Positions 23,621 to 33,475 of a DNA stretch of 64,000 nt are shown piece by piece; position 1 is the first letter of the stretch, and every line of letters begins with the position of its first letter. Source of the stretch: Naegleria gruberi (Eukaryota). The DNA lies in assembly GCA_000004985.1 (NCBI GenBank), contig GG738895.1. One strand, 5' to 3'. The notes below the pieces were generated by a model that was given only the letters and a program-made list of their open reading frames with translations, was not told the origin of the DNA and searched no databases. The position numbers and the translations under genes were made by a program.

Positions 23621-23710
23621 TTCTTGTATAAATATTGAAAATATAACTCACTATAATAAATAATCATTAAGCTGTTAAGGTGAAATCGTACGATTTCCAT
23701 AAAAAGGAAA

Positions 23711-23782
23711 GGGGACCAGTGGGAATCGAACCCACGCCCTCTCGCACCCAAAGCGAGAATCATACCACTAGACCATGGTCCC
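23711..23782 (-). tRNA. tRNA-Pro (anticodon UGG)
   Basis: Reverse complement is GGGACCATGGTCTAGTGGTATGATTCTCGCTTTGGGTGCGAGAGG.CGTGGGTTCGATTCCCACTGGTCCCC, with anticodon loop TTTGGGT. Nearly identical to canonical eukaryotic tRNA-Pro(UGG). Confidence 0.85.
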
Positions 23783-23930
23783 TTACATTACAAATCAAGA
23801 AAGAACATTCAAATTGACGCTAAGTAATTAAACTGTAGAATTACTAGCATTAATAACATTTTGGACATGTTCTTCATTTCAAGAAGAATGTAAAATCATT
23901 GAATACATTTCTAAAATTTATTTCTTGGTG

Positions 23931-24261
23931 GCATTCTTGGTAGCAACTGGTTGCTTCTTAACACTTCTGCCAACTTTTCTGGTTCCCTTGGTGGCTCTTC
24001 TAGTAATAGTCTTTGGGGCTCTTCTGGTGGATCTAATCTTTGGGTAGTGCTTCTAGTGGCAGATGGTACTTCTGGTGGAAGATCTAGTCTTCTTTCCAGA
24101 CTAATGTTTATGATTTTATTGCATTTGATGAAAATAAAAGCAATAATATTGAATTAAAAATAATTCTCAATGCTAACTGAATAACTTACAGCAGCCATAC
24201 CGAAGGAAGCAAAGCACAAAACAGCGATCAAAAGGACAGCAATAATAATTTTGGCGTTCAT
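23931..24261 (-). CDS. Possible small secreted peptide gene (signal-peptide exon plus uncertain second exon)
   Basis: Minus-strand ATG at 24261 encodes MNAKIIIAVLLIAVLCFASFGMAA, a typical signal peptide, followed by GTAAGTT. The downstream exon frame is ambiguous (a basic frame or a P/E-rich LDLPPE repeat frame). Confidence 0.2.
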
Positions 24262-24736
24262 ATTGAATGTTAACTTGTTTTTTTGTTTAATGTTCTTTGT
24301 GGGAGGTTGTGTCTTAACTCTCTGCATTCTTAATGAACATTTAAGGGTATGTGATGCTCAATTTTGTAGAAAAGAGTTGTATTGTATTAAGGGCACTGTA
24401 GTTAAATCGAAGAAACTCAAGGAAGACACAAAACAAAGCCATTCATGTGTCCACTTAGACAATGCACTTTCTCTGCAACATCTGGGAAGAAAATTATCTG
24501 CATCACACTAACAAAGTGAACATTCATAATAGGTCTTTCCACTTGCCTTCCATTGAAATTCAGTTTCCAAAGTGAGTTTATCATTCCCCATTCAGAAAAC
24601 AAGCTTTTCGCACAGATTTCCTCAGTGTAGCATCTACAATGGAAAACATCAGACACGCACCTTTAACAATCCTCTTATTTTTCATACAGTTTAATAAACA
24701 TTCAAAGTGTTACTCCTCAAGTTGCATGACATGAGA

Positions 24737-26272
24737 TTATTGTCCCTTGATACGATTGTAACATAGATGAGAATATCCACAACATTCCAACACAAAATCA
24801 ACATCATCCCAATATGTATCTCTAATTAATCCAAGAACTTGATGATTTCTCTCAATACACTTTTTCATAATATCTTTCTTTGATTTCATTGATTTTGGAA
24901 GATGTTGATATACCATTGCGTTCGCAGCCATACATTCACTAATGAATTTTACATCGCCTTTGATGCTTGGATCAATGTGAGGAAATACAGTTGGATTAAC
25001 CTTAATGGCATTCAAGAGGAGTGATCGATCTTTGATTGTGGAAATGTACTTTGGAAATTCACTCAAATAGCTCAATGACTTGCTTAGTAGAGCTTGAATA
25101 ATTTCTGTATCATCTTGGAATTCTTTGTATTTGTAAAACAAATGGTGTGATTTTGAAATTATTGTTAGAATTATTTCTCTATCCTTCTGGAATTGAGTTG
25201 GAAAAGAGAAATATGCATTTGGACACATTTCTGCAAGTTTCAAGTGGAATTGTCTACTATGCTTTAGTTTTGCACTAATTAATGGATATACACTCAAAGG
25301 ATCTGACATTATGGCTTCAAGATAAAGCTCTTCATCCTGGTCAAACAAGCAATATTGAAGAGCTCTGGGATTGGCTTTAACCATTTCTCTCATTAGATAT
25401 CCATCATTTTTTCTTTCAAAATCTAAATAGTTCAATATATTAGGTTGTACCTTTACAACACTCAATAGAAAATCTCTGTCATAGTATAATTGACTATCAA
25501 TATCAAGTAATTTTTCTGGAAATGCCTTTAAGTAATTCATAACAATCTCTTTGTCAGATTGTAATCTCTGATCTACATATACTAAATAAGTAAATATTTG
25601 AGAATGCAATTGAACTGCTTCTAAAATAATTTCTCTCCATTTCACAACATCTTTACATTGAGATATAAGCACAGGATTATTGCTCAACACTTTTAAAATT
25701 GCTTTTTTATCCATTTCCAAATCATAACAATCCAAACTATTGATTGAAGAAACTAAATATTTTACAATTTCAATATCATTTGTAATGAGTGCCTTATCAG
25801 TCACATAATCCACAACTTTACAATTATTCCTCACAGCTTCCAACACTAATTCTCGATCAGCTCTCAATTTCACATCAGCATATTTCAACAACCATCCATC
25901 AATCTTGACTAATTTCATGAATAATTGCTTATTACTCTGTAGTGATTTGTCCATGAAGGAAATTGCTGTTTTTTCATTACAAATTGCTTCATAGACAAGA
26001 GAAGCATCTCTCCGAATATTTTCATCAGCATATTTCAAAGCAATTCCCTTCTTTTTCACAACTTTGAACATCCAATCCCGATCGGAGGAGATGGCCTTCA
26101 CAAGTGTTTGCAATCCACCACGACAGTTTATCAAATTTTCAAAGAGGATGGTTTTGTAAATTTCCAATCTTCTATAATCTATGGAGAGGTACTTTTTTCG
26201 TAGCCAAAAGGACCCGAGAGGTGCATCAGAGAGAAGAATTTTCACTGGAATTTCTTCATCAAATTGTTGCAT
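24737..26272 (-). CDS. DUF4116-repeat protein
   Basis: Multiple repeats of the ~35-aa DUF4116 unit (RELVLEAVRNNCKVVDYV.., KEIVMNYLKAFPEKLL.., REIILEAVQLHSQIFTYL..). First ATG in an A-rich context at 26272. Upstream exons not excluded. Confidence 0.55.
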   Translation of the reverse strand: MQQFDEEIPVKILLSDAPLGSFWLRKKYLSIDYRRLEIYKTILFENLINCRGGLQTLVKAISSDRDWMFKVVKKKGIALKYADENIRRDASLVYEAICNEKTAISFMDKSLQSNKQLFMKLVKIDGWLLKYADVKLRADRELVLEAVRNNCKVVDYVTDKALITNDIEIVKYLVSSINSLDCYDLEMDKKAILKVLSNNPVLISQCKDVVKWREIILEAVQLHSQIFTYLVYVDQRLQSDKEIVMNYLKAFPEKLLDIDSQLYYDRDFLLSVVKVQPNILNYLDFERKNDGYLMREMVKANPRALQYCLFDQDEELYLEAIMSDPLSVYPLISAKLKHSRQFHLKLAEMCPNAYFSFPTQFQKDREIILTIISKSHHLFYKYKEFQDDTEIIQALLSKSLSYLSEFPKYISTIKDRSLLLNAIKVNPTVFPHIDPSIKGDVKFISECMAANAMVYQHLPKSMKSKKDIMKKCIERNHQVLGLIRDTYWDDVDFVLECCGYSHLCYNRIKGQ

Positions 26273-26368
26273 TTTTTCTAAAATTGGAAAGAAAAAATTG
26301 TACAAAATATTTACAAATTTATTTAATAATTTAAATTACACTCGCTTCTAACTATATACTATTAATAA

Positions 26369-27445
26369 TTATTTTCTCAAATTTCTGGAATAGGCCTTGC
26401 TAACTTGTTCCATTGAAGGTGCACAATAATTGAGTGAACCAAACGCAAATGCATCACCTGCACCAGCTCCTGTAGTATTAACACAATTACTAGCAGTAGT
26501 AAACATGAAGGGGTTACACTCGGACAAGTTTTGGCAGTTCAATAATTGCTTAGTATTTGAAGAGGTAAATGCAAAAGCTTGAACTTGAGCAATATTGAGA
26601 TTGGATGTCATTTTGTGAACTTCAGAAAGTAATTCTTCTGTTTTCATATTCTTGACAGCTTCTTCACCTAATTCCTTAATCTTAGCAGCAACAACTGTAT
26701 CCATGGCATCATCTTCAATACATCCATTGATAATTAAATTTGGAATCTTATTAGCATCTGTCAATAATAAACATTTACCATCAGTTTTTGTTGCCAAATA
26801 ATCCATAAATAATGTTAATTGTTGATCTTCTTTTGCTCTTTCACAAATAATATTGTAAAAGACTACATTCTTTTCTTGAAGTTCAGTACCAATTTTAACC
26901 CAATCAATCTTTTGGCCTTGTTCATCCAAGCAACCATTTGGGTAGCTATCACCACTTGCATTCATTCCATGTGGAGGAGCATCAGCAACCCAAACAACAA
27001 TCTTCTTACCCTTCTTATTGAATGGCATTTCATTGACAACTTTGAGTGCAGATGCCAAAGCTTCCGGATAGTCACCTCCACCTTGAGCTGACATGGTATT
27101 AATATATTCTTTGGCATTGTTAATATCCTTAGTGAAAGGGAATTCCTTAACGGCATAATCATCAGTGTGATCTCTATAACTGACAGCTGTAAATCTCAAA
27201 TCAGTTTTAAAATGTTCATGAAGTGTTGTGATAATTGTAGCGACTGTGTTCTTTGCTACATTAATTTCACCAGACATTGAACCAGTACAATCCATAACAA
27301 TAACTAAATCAACAATCTTGTCACTGTGATCTATTAATTCTTGATCATAACCATCTTGTTGTTTATGATCGGCACGAATCAATTTTCCCATTTGGGGTAT
27401 TATTTGGGGTATTGTGGAATGAGGATAAGAGAAAGAGAATGACAT
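26369..27445 (-). CDS. von Willebrand factor type A (vWA) domain protein
   Basis: MIDAS-like motif DLVIVMDCTGSMSG, then a Rossmann-like vWA fold (RFTAVSYRDH..GGGDYPEAL..KKIVVWVADAPPHG). Confidence 0.65.
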   Translation of the reverse strand: MSFSFSYPHSTIPQIIPQMGKLIRADHKQQDGYDQELIDHSDKIVDLVIVMDCTGSMSGEINVAKNTVATIITTLHEHFKTDLRFTAVSYRDHTDDYAVKEFPFTKDINNAKEYINTMSAQGGGDYPEALASALKVVNEMPFNKKGKKIVVWVADAPPHGMNASGDSYPNGCLDEQGQKIDWVKIGTELQEKNVVFYNIICERAKEDQQLTLFMDYLATKTDGKCLLLTDANKIPNLIINGCIEDDAMDTVVAAKIKELGEEAVKNMKTEELLSEVHKMTSNLNIAQVQAFAFTSSNTKQLLNCQNLSECNPFMFTTASNCVNTTGAGAGDAFAFGSLNYCAPSMEQVSKAYSRNLRK

Positions 27446-27796
27446 CTTGGTTTTATGTATTGCTATTTTTTTTTGGTTTTGTTTTATATATACGTGTTAT
27501 TACTGCAAAGAAGTTCCATGTTCAGCAATTCTATGTTTGTGAATTCCTTTGCACTGTGAGTCAATGACTCACCTAATCACTGATTGACCAATAAATTATG
27601 CTGAACCAATTACTTTTCATTCAATAATTATGTCTCTAGTGAGACTTGCAATTCTCAATTCCATTAAATGAATTACTTGAATATTCGTCAGCCTTTAACT
27701 TGTTCTTTGTTTGAGAGAATGATGGCTTATTGCTCCTTTGCCGTTTTTAAAAAAGCTTATTATCAATTGCAATCTCAATTCTCTCTCATTTGAAAC

Positions 27797-27831
27797 TTTT
27801 CCCGCCAAAGTACTTTAATGATGGCGGGAAA
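27797..27831. promoter_or_regulatory. Inverted pair of E2F-type sites TTTCCCGCC(N16)GGCGGGAAA in the divergent promoter between the vWA gene and the 1829-aa coiled-coil gene
   Basis: Canonical E2F site TTTCCCGC and its exact reverse complement, 16 bp apart. Confidence 0.35.
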
Positions 27832-27917
27832 TGTTTACTTAACTAAAAAAATAATGCAAAAAACTCTCATCTAAATTACATCAATTTTCATATCATCATT
27901 AAACCTTAGTGGATATA

Positions 27918-30900
27918 ATGTCATCATCTAGAGCAAATACTCCCTCTAAAAAGGTGCAAATGACTAACGAAGTTTATCATTCCCCTGGAGGGACTATGCA
28001 ACAATTAGTATCTATCAGTGATTTATCTGAGAAGGATCTTGCAAAAGTGTATTCTTGTTGTTTCCCTAAAGGATCAAAATTTTCGGTGGCCAGATGTGGA
28101 TGCGGATACTTGCATCCATTCATTTCCATTCCTTCTTGTTCTCTACAACAAATCTTATCCAATTCTTTGGACCACAGCTTTGAAAAAACAACAATTAATG
28201 AACATCCTCAAAAGATAATCATTAGACGTACGCCACAAAAAGAAGTCTCTGTGTTTTTTGATGCAGAAGCTGCAGATAAAAACAAAACTCTAATGCACAA
28301 TATTGATGAAGGAATAATTTATCAAAGAAATGAAAGGAAATTTAATACCAATAATCTAACAGCTAATTTGGCTTCATTGCTCGGATCAGATGATTTTCCT
28401 TTAAATCAAAACAATAATACAACACTCCCTAACCAAGTTCAGCTTCATGATCGTTCGAAAATTACCTCAGGAATGGAAAACTTAATTCAAGAATTTGAAA
28501 ATCAAATTAAATCTCTGAGGGAACAATTGGATCATATTACTTCGGAAAAGAAACTAATTGAGGTTACTACACACACAATAAGCGAAAAGGCTTCCAAACA
28601 ATCGGAAGAAATAGAAAAGTTACTTGATGAGAAAAACCAACAGAGAGAAAGAATTCACCAACTCAGAAAACTGTTAGCAAAATATGAAGAATTGAGCCAA
28701 AAGAGAGATACTGAGAAGAATGAAATGCAGAACGAACTAAAGAAACTAAAGAGTAAATTCGAAAGTGAGTCTGCACTATCTAATGACAAATTGAAAAACA
28801 CCATTCAAGAAAGAGAATTAGAGATTGAAAAATTAAGAGGTCAGATCTCAATTATCAATACTGTAGCAAACCAAGCTGCTGATACGAAACAGGAACTTGA
28901 AAAAAGAGAGAACGAGTTACAAATTCTCCAACAAGATCTCCACAATGCGCAAATGGATCTGATAGGGAAAGAAAAGGCGTTTTCTTTAATATCTATAAAG
29001 CTTGAAAATGAACAAGACTTGCACACTAGGTCAAAACGAGATGTACAAACACTTTCCAATACTATTCAAAAGAAAGAAAAAGAAAATGATCTTCTAAATC
29101 AAAATCTTGAAAAAGAGAGAGGAAATTATTCATTACTTATAGAGAAATACCAAAATTTGGAGGCAAAATTTATGCAAGACCAGAAACATCTAGCAAGATT
29201 AGAGCAAGATTTTACTCACAATGAATCTGCAATGGAGGCGCTTAAAAAGAAGTATGATAAGGTTATAGAGTTAAAGGAAGATTTAGAAAAGCAGATAAAA
29301 GCAAAGTCTCTAGAATTAACTTGTCGGGAGGAGGAATTTGTGCGGGAACTTGAGAAAAGGAAAACAGACTATGAAACTAAATTGAAGAATATTACTTCTC
29401 AGATCGAAAAGTTGAAATCTGAAAACACAGTATTAATCTCAAAAGAAGAGCAACTTTCTAGTCTTCAAAAAGAAGCTGAATCCAAGCTACAAGAGTACAG
29501 GGATAAAATAGATGATTTAGACCTGCAAATTCAAATGTTAAAGGCGAAAAATCAACAAAAAGAAAACGAATTACTGGAGACAAAACTAATTTTGGAAAAG
29601 ACGGAGATGGAAACTAGAGAACACGAACAAAAAATGATTGAGCAACAAGAAGTGCTTTTAAAGAATATTTGTGATTTAGAAAATGAAAATTCAAAACTAG
29701 TGCCAGAACTAGATCAATGGAAATCAAGTTGTCTTGGTTTTGAGGAAAGAATCAAACATCTTGAGGAGGAATTGAAGACAGCAAAGAGGAATTATACCGA
29801 AGCCTTAGAAGAAGTAAATTCAGTACAAAAGAAATTTAATGACATGAGAGAATATTCTGATGATCTGGAAAAAAAGCTTTCCGACCAAAAAGAAAACATG
29901 GAAACCCAGCTAGTGGAACTGCATAAGGAAAATAAGGCCTTGGGTGAGATGAACTCTAATTCAAAAGTCATAGCTGACCAATTAAAACAGGAGATCAAAA
30001 ATAAGATAGATACTTTAGACTCCATCACTGAATTGGTTAAACAAAAGGAAAATTCAGTCGAAAATCTATTTACTGAAATAACCAATCTAAAGAAATTAAT
30101 TGAAGAAAAAGAAAACCAATTCAGTTCAAAAGAAGAAAAGTTACAAAGTAAGGTTAAAGAGCTCAATGATGTAATTGATTCTAAAACGAAGGAAATTAAT
30201 GTTAGTGAATCCGATATGAGAGAGATGAAATCAGAACGAAATGTTTTAATTGTTAAATACCAAGAAATATCTAGATCATTAGATCAAGCGTTGGAAAAAA
30301 ATAAGGTCCAGAATGAAACAATTCGGGATTTGACTGAAAAGATAAGCACGATCGAAAAAGATATGTCTAAGAAGCAATCCTCTATCGACAATCAAGAAAT
30401 AGAGATTAAGCTTTTGAGGCAAGAAATATTTGAGAAAGATGCCCAATATCATTCTCTCAGAACCATTGCTCTGGGTGATTTGGAGCACAAACTAAAGAAA
30501 AAGAGTGAAGAGCTAGAAAATCAAAAAAAGAACTATGAACAAGATATCTATCTTTTAAAGTCTCATTTGGAAGAAAGCAAAACACTTTTCGAGAGCAAGG
30601 TTGAATTGATAAATGAGCTTGAGGATGAAATAACCTCTTTGAAAAATGATGCCAAAGAAAAAGAAAAGGAAATTACTAGCTGGCTGAAAACTTTTGACAA
30701 CGCAAAGGACAATTATCAGAAAGAAGTTGAAGAGCTTAGTTGTAGGATTAATACACTTCAGGAAGAGTTGATGATTAAAGAAAAGACATTAACTGATCTG
30801 GAGAAAGATAAACTAATTCTTGGAACAGAACTCAGCAACATGGAGGCTTCACTTAAGGTAAAGAACCAAGAATTGGAAGAATTAGGAAGCTCTATGGATA

Positions 30901-33398
30901 TTATTGACTCGTTACAACAAGAAAACGAAAGGTTAAAACTCAGCCAACTAGAACAAGCAGAAGAAGTGGAGAGATTATCATCAGATTTGTTATCAAAAGA
31001 AAATGATATCATAAAATTGCAAGAAGAAAAAACTAAACTGGATAACGAGTTGGGTGTGCTTTCCAAACGACTAGAAGAGCTTGAAGAAGTAAATGAAGAA
31101 AAGAACAATTCTATATCTTTCTTTGTAGAACAGCACGAGTTAATATCCAACGAAATTAAGGATAAAACAAAGAATATTGAGGTTTTATTGGCAAGAGTGG
31201 ATGAATTAAAAGATTCCAAAGCTTCTTTAGAAGAAACCATTAAAGAAGTTAAACAAGATCTTGCACGTAGAATTGATTTAGTTAGCACACTAGAGAAGAA
31301 CCTCTCAGAAAAGGAATCCGAAATCCAACAATTAAAGGAAGAAAGCTTAAAGGAAATGAACTCCTTGGAAAAGAAGATAATTGATAAACAAGAAGAAATA
31401 GAAAGAATATCAATACAAGCTGAAAAACAAAAGAAGAACTTGTCTTCAACAATCCAAGATTTAGAAGAATCTTTAGCAGAAAAGGAGAAAAAGGAGAAGA
31501 AGTTGATTGGATCTTATTCAGAGACGAATATTAAAATGTCAGAACTATCAACCAAGTTAGAGGCCCTTGAGATAGAAAAGAGCAAGAATGAAAATGAAAT
31601 TGAAAGATTGATGTCTGAGTTAAGCTTAAGGGATTCAGAAATTAATCAAATGAACGAGAAGAATAAGGCCCTTGTTCAAGAGTTAGAAACCTTCTCTGAA
31701 AAATTAGATACACTGGAAAAAGCGAAAAAAAAAAGCGAAACAACTTGCTCACATCTTGAGGAACAAAAAGTGCACGACGATCAAAAACTCAAAATTCTTG
31801 GAAACGAAAGGCTGGAGTTGAAACAACAGTTAGCAAGCTTTGAAAATGAGATTACTCTCTTGAAACACAAATTAAGTCTTTTTGAAAAGAATAATTCTGA
31901 TATGAAACAAGATTTAATGAACAGTTTGGAGAATGCAGATCTGATTGAACAAGAATTAAAGCTACTCAGAATGAATTTTAAGAAAGAGAAAGAGTTATTA
32001 GAGAATCAACTTATTAATGAAGTGAATGAAAGAGATGATATGATCAAGGAACTTAAGTTGCAATTAGCAACTGACTCTTCCCTCAGAATGGAGTTGGATC
32101 AAGTTAAAGAATTATCTCACAAATCATTAACATTGTTGGATGAACAAAATGAAGAAGTTAAAAAACTTCAAATTGAAATTATTCAGTACACAAACATAAT
32201 TGATCAGTTGAAACAAGATAACGATACCAAACTTTCAGAAATGAGTGTAAATAATCAATCGCAGATAGAGGAGCTGGAAAATAGAAATAGAGAATTAGCT
32301 GAAATGAAGCTGAACTATCAAAAGCTTGAATCCATGTTCTTCCAAATGGAGAGAGACTACAGAACTTTGCAGAGTCAAGATAGCGTAATTAACAGACAAT
32401 TGGAAGAAAAATGTATCCAATTACAAACCAAACTTGAGGAGACAATTGAACCTATTACAAATAAGGAAGAAGAGCTTAAGAGATTAACTAAAGAAAATTC
32501 AGACATGAAAGATCAACTTGTTGAAAATAAGCAAATTACCGAAAAGATGGAACAAGAAATAGAAAGACTGTTAGAGCAGTTAACAACATCGAGTACAGGA
32601 GGGGGCAGCTATATGGGAGGAGACTCCAGCTTACTTTCTTCCACATCTAACACACAAAATGTTAAATCCAATAGAACAACCCAATCACCTCTCAAAACTA
32701 GCCATCTTATGCAATCAGCTACAATCGACCTCAAATATTTATGGAAGCAGCTGAGATCTGAAATTGTTAGATTGAAGCAAAAGAATGTTGAACTTGCACA
32801 ACAAATAATGCAAGTAACTAGAGCTAGAGAAGATATAATTGTTAAGTATGAAAAACAACTCAAATCTACAATGGTTGATTTGATGCACTATAAGAAAGTT
32901 GCAGAAGAAGTTGAGCAATTGAGATTAGATAATACCAGGCTAACATTAACAAAGAAAGACTCTGAGGAACAAATGAATAACCTGTCCATAAAGCTTTCGA
33001 CACTTGAGGCTGAAAAGCAAAATTTGTGGAGACTACAAGACCAAACAAGAAAGGAACTCATTAACCTTAAGGAAAATGTCATTAAACTGTCAGAAGAAAA
33101 TGAAAGACTTTCCAGAATTGAATCAAAAGCTTCAAATATTGCAAATTTGGAATTGGAAAAACTAAAAAAAGAAAAGAGGATTCTAGAAGAAAAACTCTTG
33201 TTAGCCAATGATACAAACAAAACTCAAAAAGAAACATCTCAATTAATGAACAAAATTAAGGAAGCTAGAATTACAAGAGAAAAGCTTGAAAAACTGATCC
33301 GTGACCAAAGACATCAAATTGATGAAATGGATTCTACCAATAGAGAGCTTAAACTGAAATTGCAAAATTATGAAAAGGCTGTTTCTGCACAAAATTAG
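27918..33398 (+). CDS. Giant coiled-coil protein (about 1826 aa) with short globular N-terminus
   Basis: Uninterrupted 5.5-kb ORF. Almost the whole protein is heptad-repeat K/E/L/Q-rich helix, golgin/myosin-tail-like. First ATG at 27918. Confidence 0.7.
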   Translation: MSSSRANTPSKKVQMTNEVYHSPGGTMQQLVSISDLSEKDLAKVYSCCFPKGSKFSVARCGCGYLHPFISIPSCSLQQILSNSLDHSFEKTTINEHPQKIIIRRTPQKEVSVFFDAEAADKNKTLMHNIDEGIIYQRNERKFNTNNLTANLASLLGSDDFPLNQNNNTTLPNQVQLHDRSKITSGMENLIQEFENQIKSLREQLDHITSEKKLIEVTTHTISEKASKQSEEIEKLLDEKNQQRERIHQLRKLLAKYEELSQKRDTEKNEMQNELKKLKSKFESESALSNDKLKNTIQERELEIEKLRGQISIINTVANQAADTKQELEKRENELQILQQDLHNAQMDLIGKEKAFSLISIKLENEQDLHTRSKRDVQTLSNTIQKKEKENDLLNQNLEKERGNYSLLIEKYQNLEAKFMQDQKHLARLEQDFTHNESAMEALKKKYDKVIELKEDLEKQIKAKSLELTCREEEFVRELEKRKTDYETKLKNITSQIEKLKSENTVLISKEEQLSSLQKEAESKLQEYRDKIDDLDLQIQMLKAKNQQKENELLETKLILEKTEMETREHEQKMIEQQEVLLKNICDLENENSKLVPELDQWKSSCLGFEERIKHLEEELKTAKRNYTEALEEVNSVQKKFNDMREYSDDLEKKLSDQKENMETQLVELHKENKALGEMNSNSKVIADQLKQEIKNKIDTLDSITELVKQKENSVENLFTEITNLKKLIEEKENQFSSKEEKLQSKVKELNDVIDSKTKEINVSESDMREMKSERNVLIVKYQEISRSLDQALEKNKVQNETIRDLTEKISTIEKDMSKKQSSIDNQEIEIKLLRQEIFEKDAQYHSLRTIALGDLEHKLKKKSEELENQKKNYEQDIYLLKSHLEESKTLFESKVELINELEDEITSLKNDAKEKEKEITSWLKTFDNAKDNYQKEVEELSCRINTLQEELMIKEKTLTDLEKDKLILGTELSNMEASLKVKNQELEELGSSMDIIDSLQQENERLKLSQLEQAEEVERLSSDLLSKENDIIKLQEEKTKLDNELGVLSKRLEELEEVNEEKNNSISFFVEQHELISNEIKDKTKNIEVLLARVDELKDSKASLEETIKEVKQDLARRIDLVSTLEKNLSEKESEIQQLKEESLKEMNSLEKKIIDKQEEIERISIQAEKQKKNLSSTIQDLEESLAEKEKKEKKLIGSYSETNIKMSELSTKLEALEIEKSKNENEIERLMSELSLRDSEINQMNEKNKALVQELETFSEKLDTLEKAKKKSETTCSHLEEQKVHDDQKLKILGNERLELKQQLASFENEITLLKHKLSLFEKNNSDMKQDLMNSLENADLIEQELKLLRMNFKKEKELLENQLINEVNERDDMIKELKLQLATDSSLRMELDQVKELSHKSLTLLDEQNEEVKKLQIEIIQYTNIIDQLKQDNDTKLSEMSVNNQSQIEELENRNRELAEMKLNYQKLESMFFQMERDYRTLQSQDSVINRQLEEKCIQLQTKLEETIEPITNKEEELKRLTKENSDMKDQLVENKQITEKMEQEIERLLEQLTTSSTGGGSYMGGDSSLLSSTSNTQNVKSNRTTQSPLKTSHLMQSATIDLKYLWKQLRSEIVRLKQKNVELAQQIMQVTRAREDIIVKYEKQLKSTMVDLMHYKKVAEEVEQLRLDNTRLTLTKKDSEEQMNNLSIKLSTLEAEKQNLWRLQDQTRKELINLKENVIKLSEENERLSRIESKASNIANLELEKLKKEKRILEEKLLLANDTNKTQKETSQLMNKIKEARITREKLEKLIRDQRHQIDEMDSTNRELKLKLQNYEKAVSAQN

Positions 33399-33475
33399 TG
33401 CACTTGTTGAATAATAATAAACAAATAATTTGAAATTTAATTTAGATTGAAACATTAATTGAATGAAGTAAAAAA

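Noticed and set aside
24251-24656. 86-aa plus and 79-aa minus ORFs between the tRNA cluster and the DUF4116 gene
   Set aside because: No homology and no convincing start context. More likely UTR, although a small gene with the AATAAA at about 24691 cannot be excluded.
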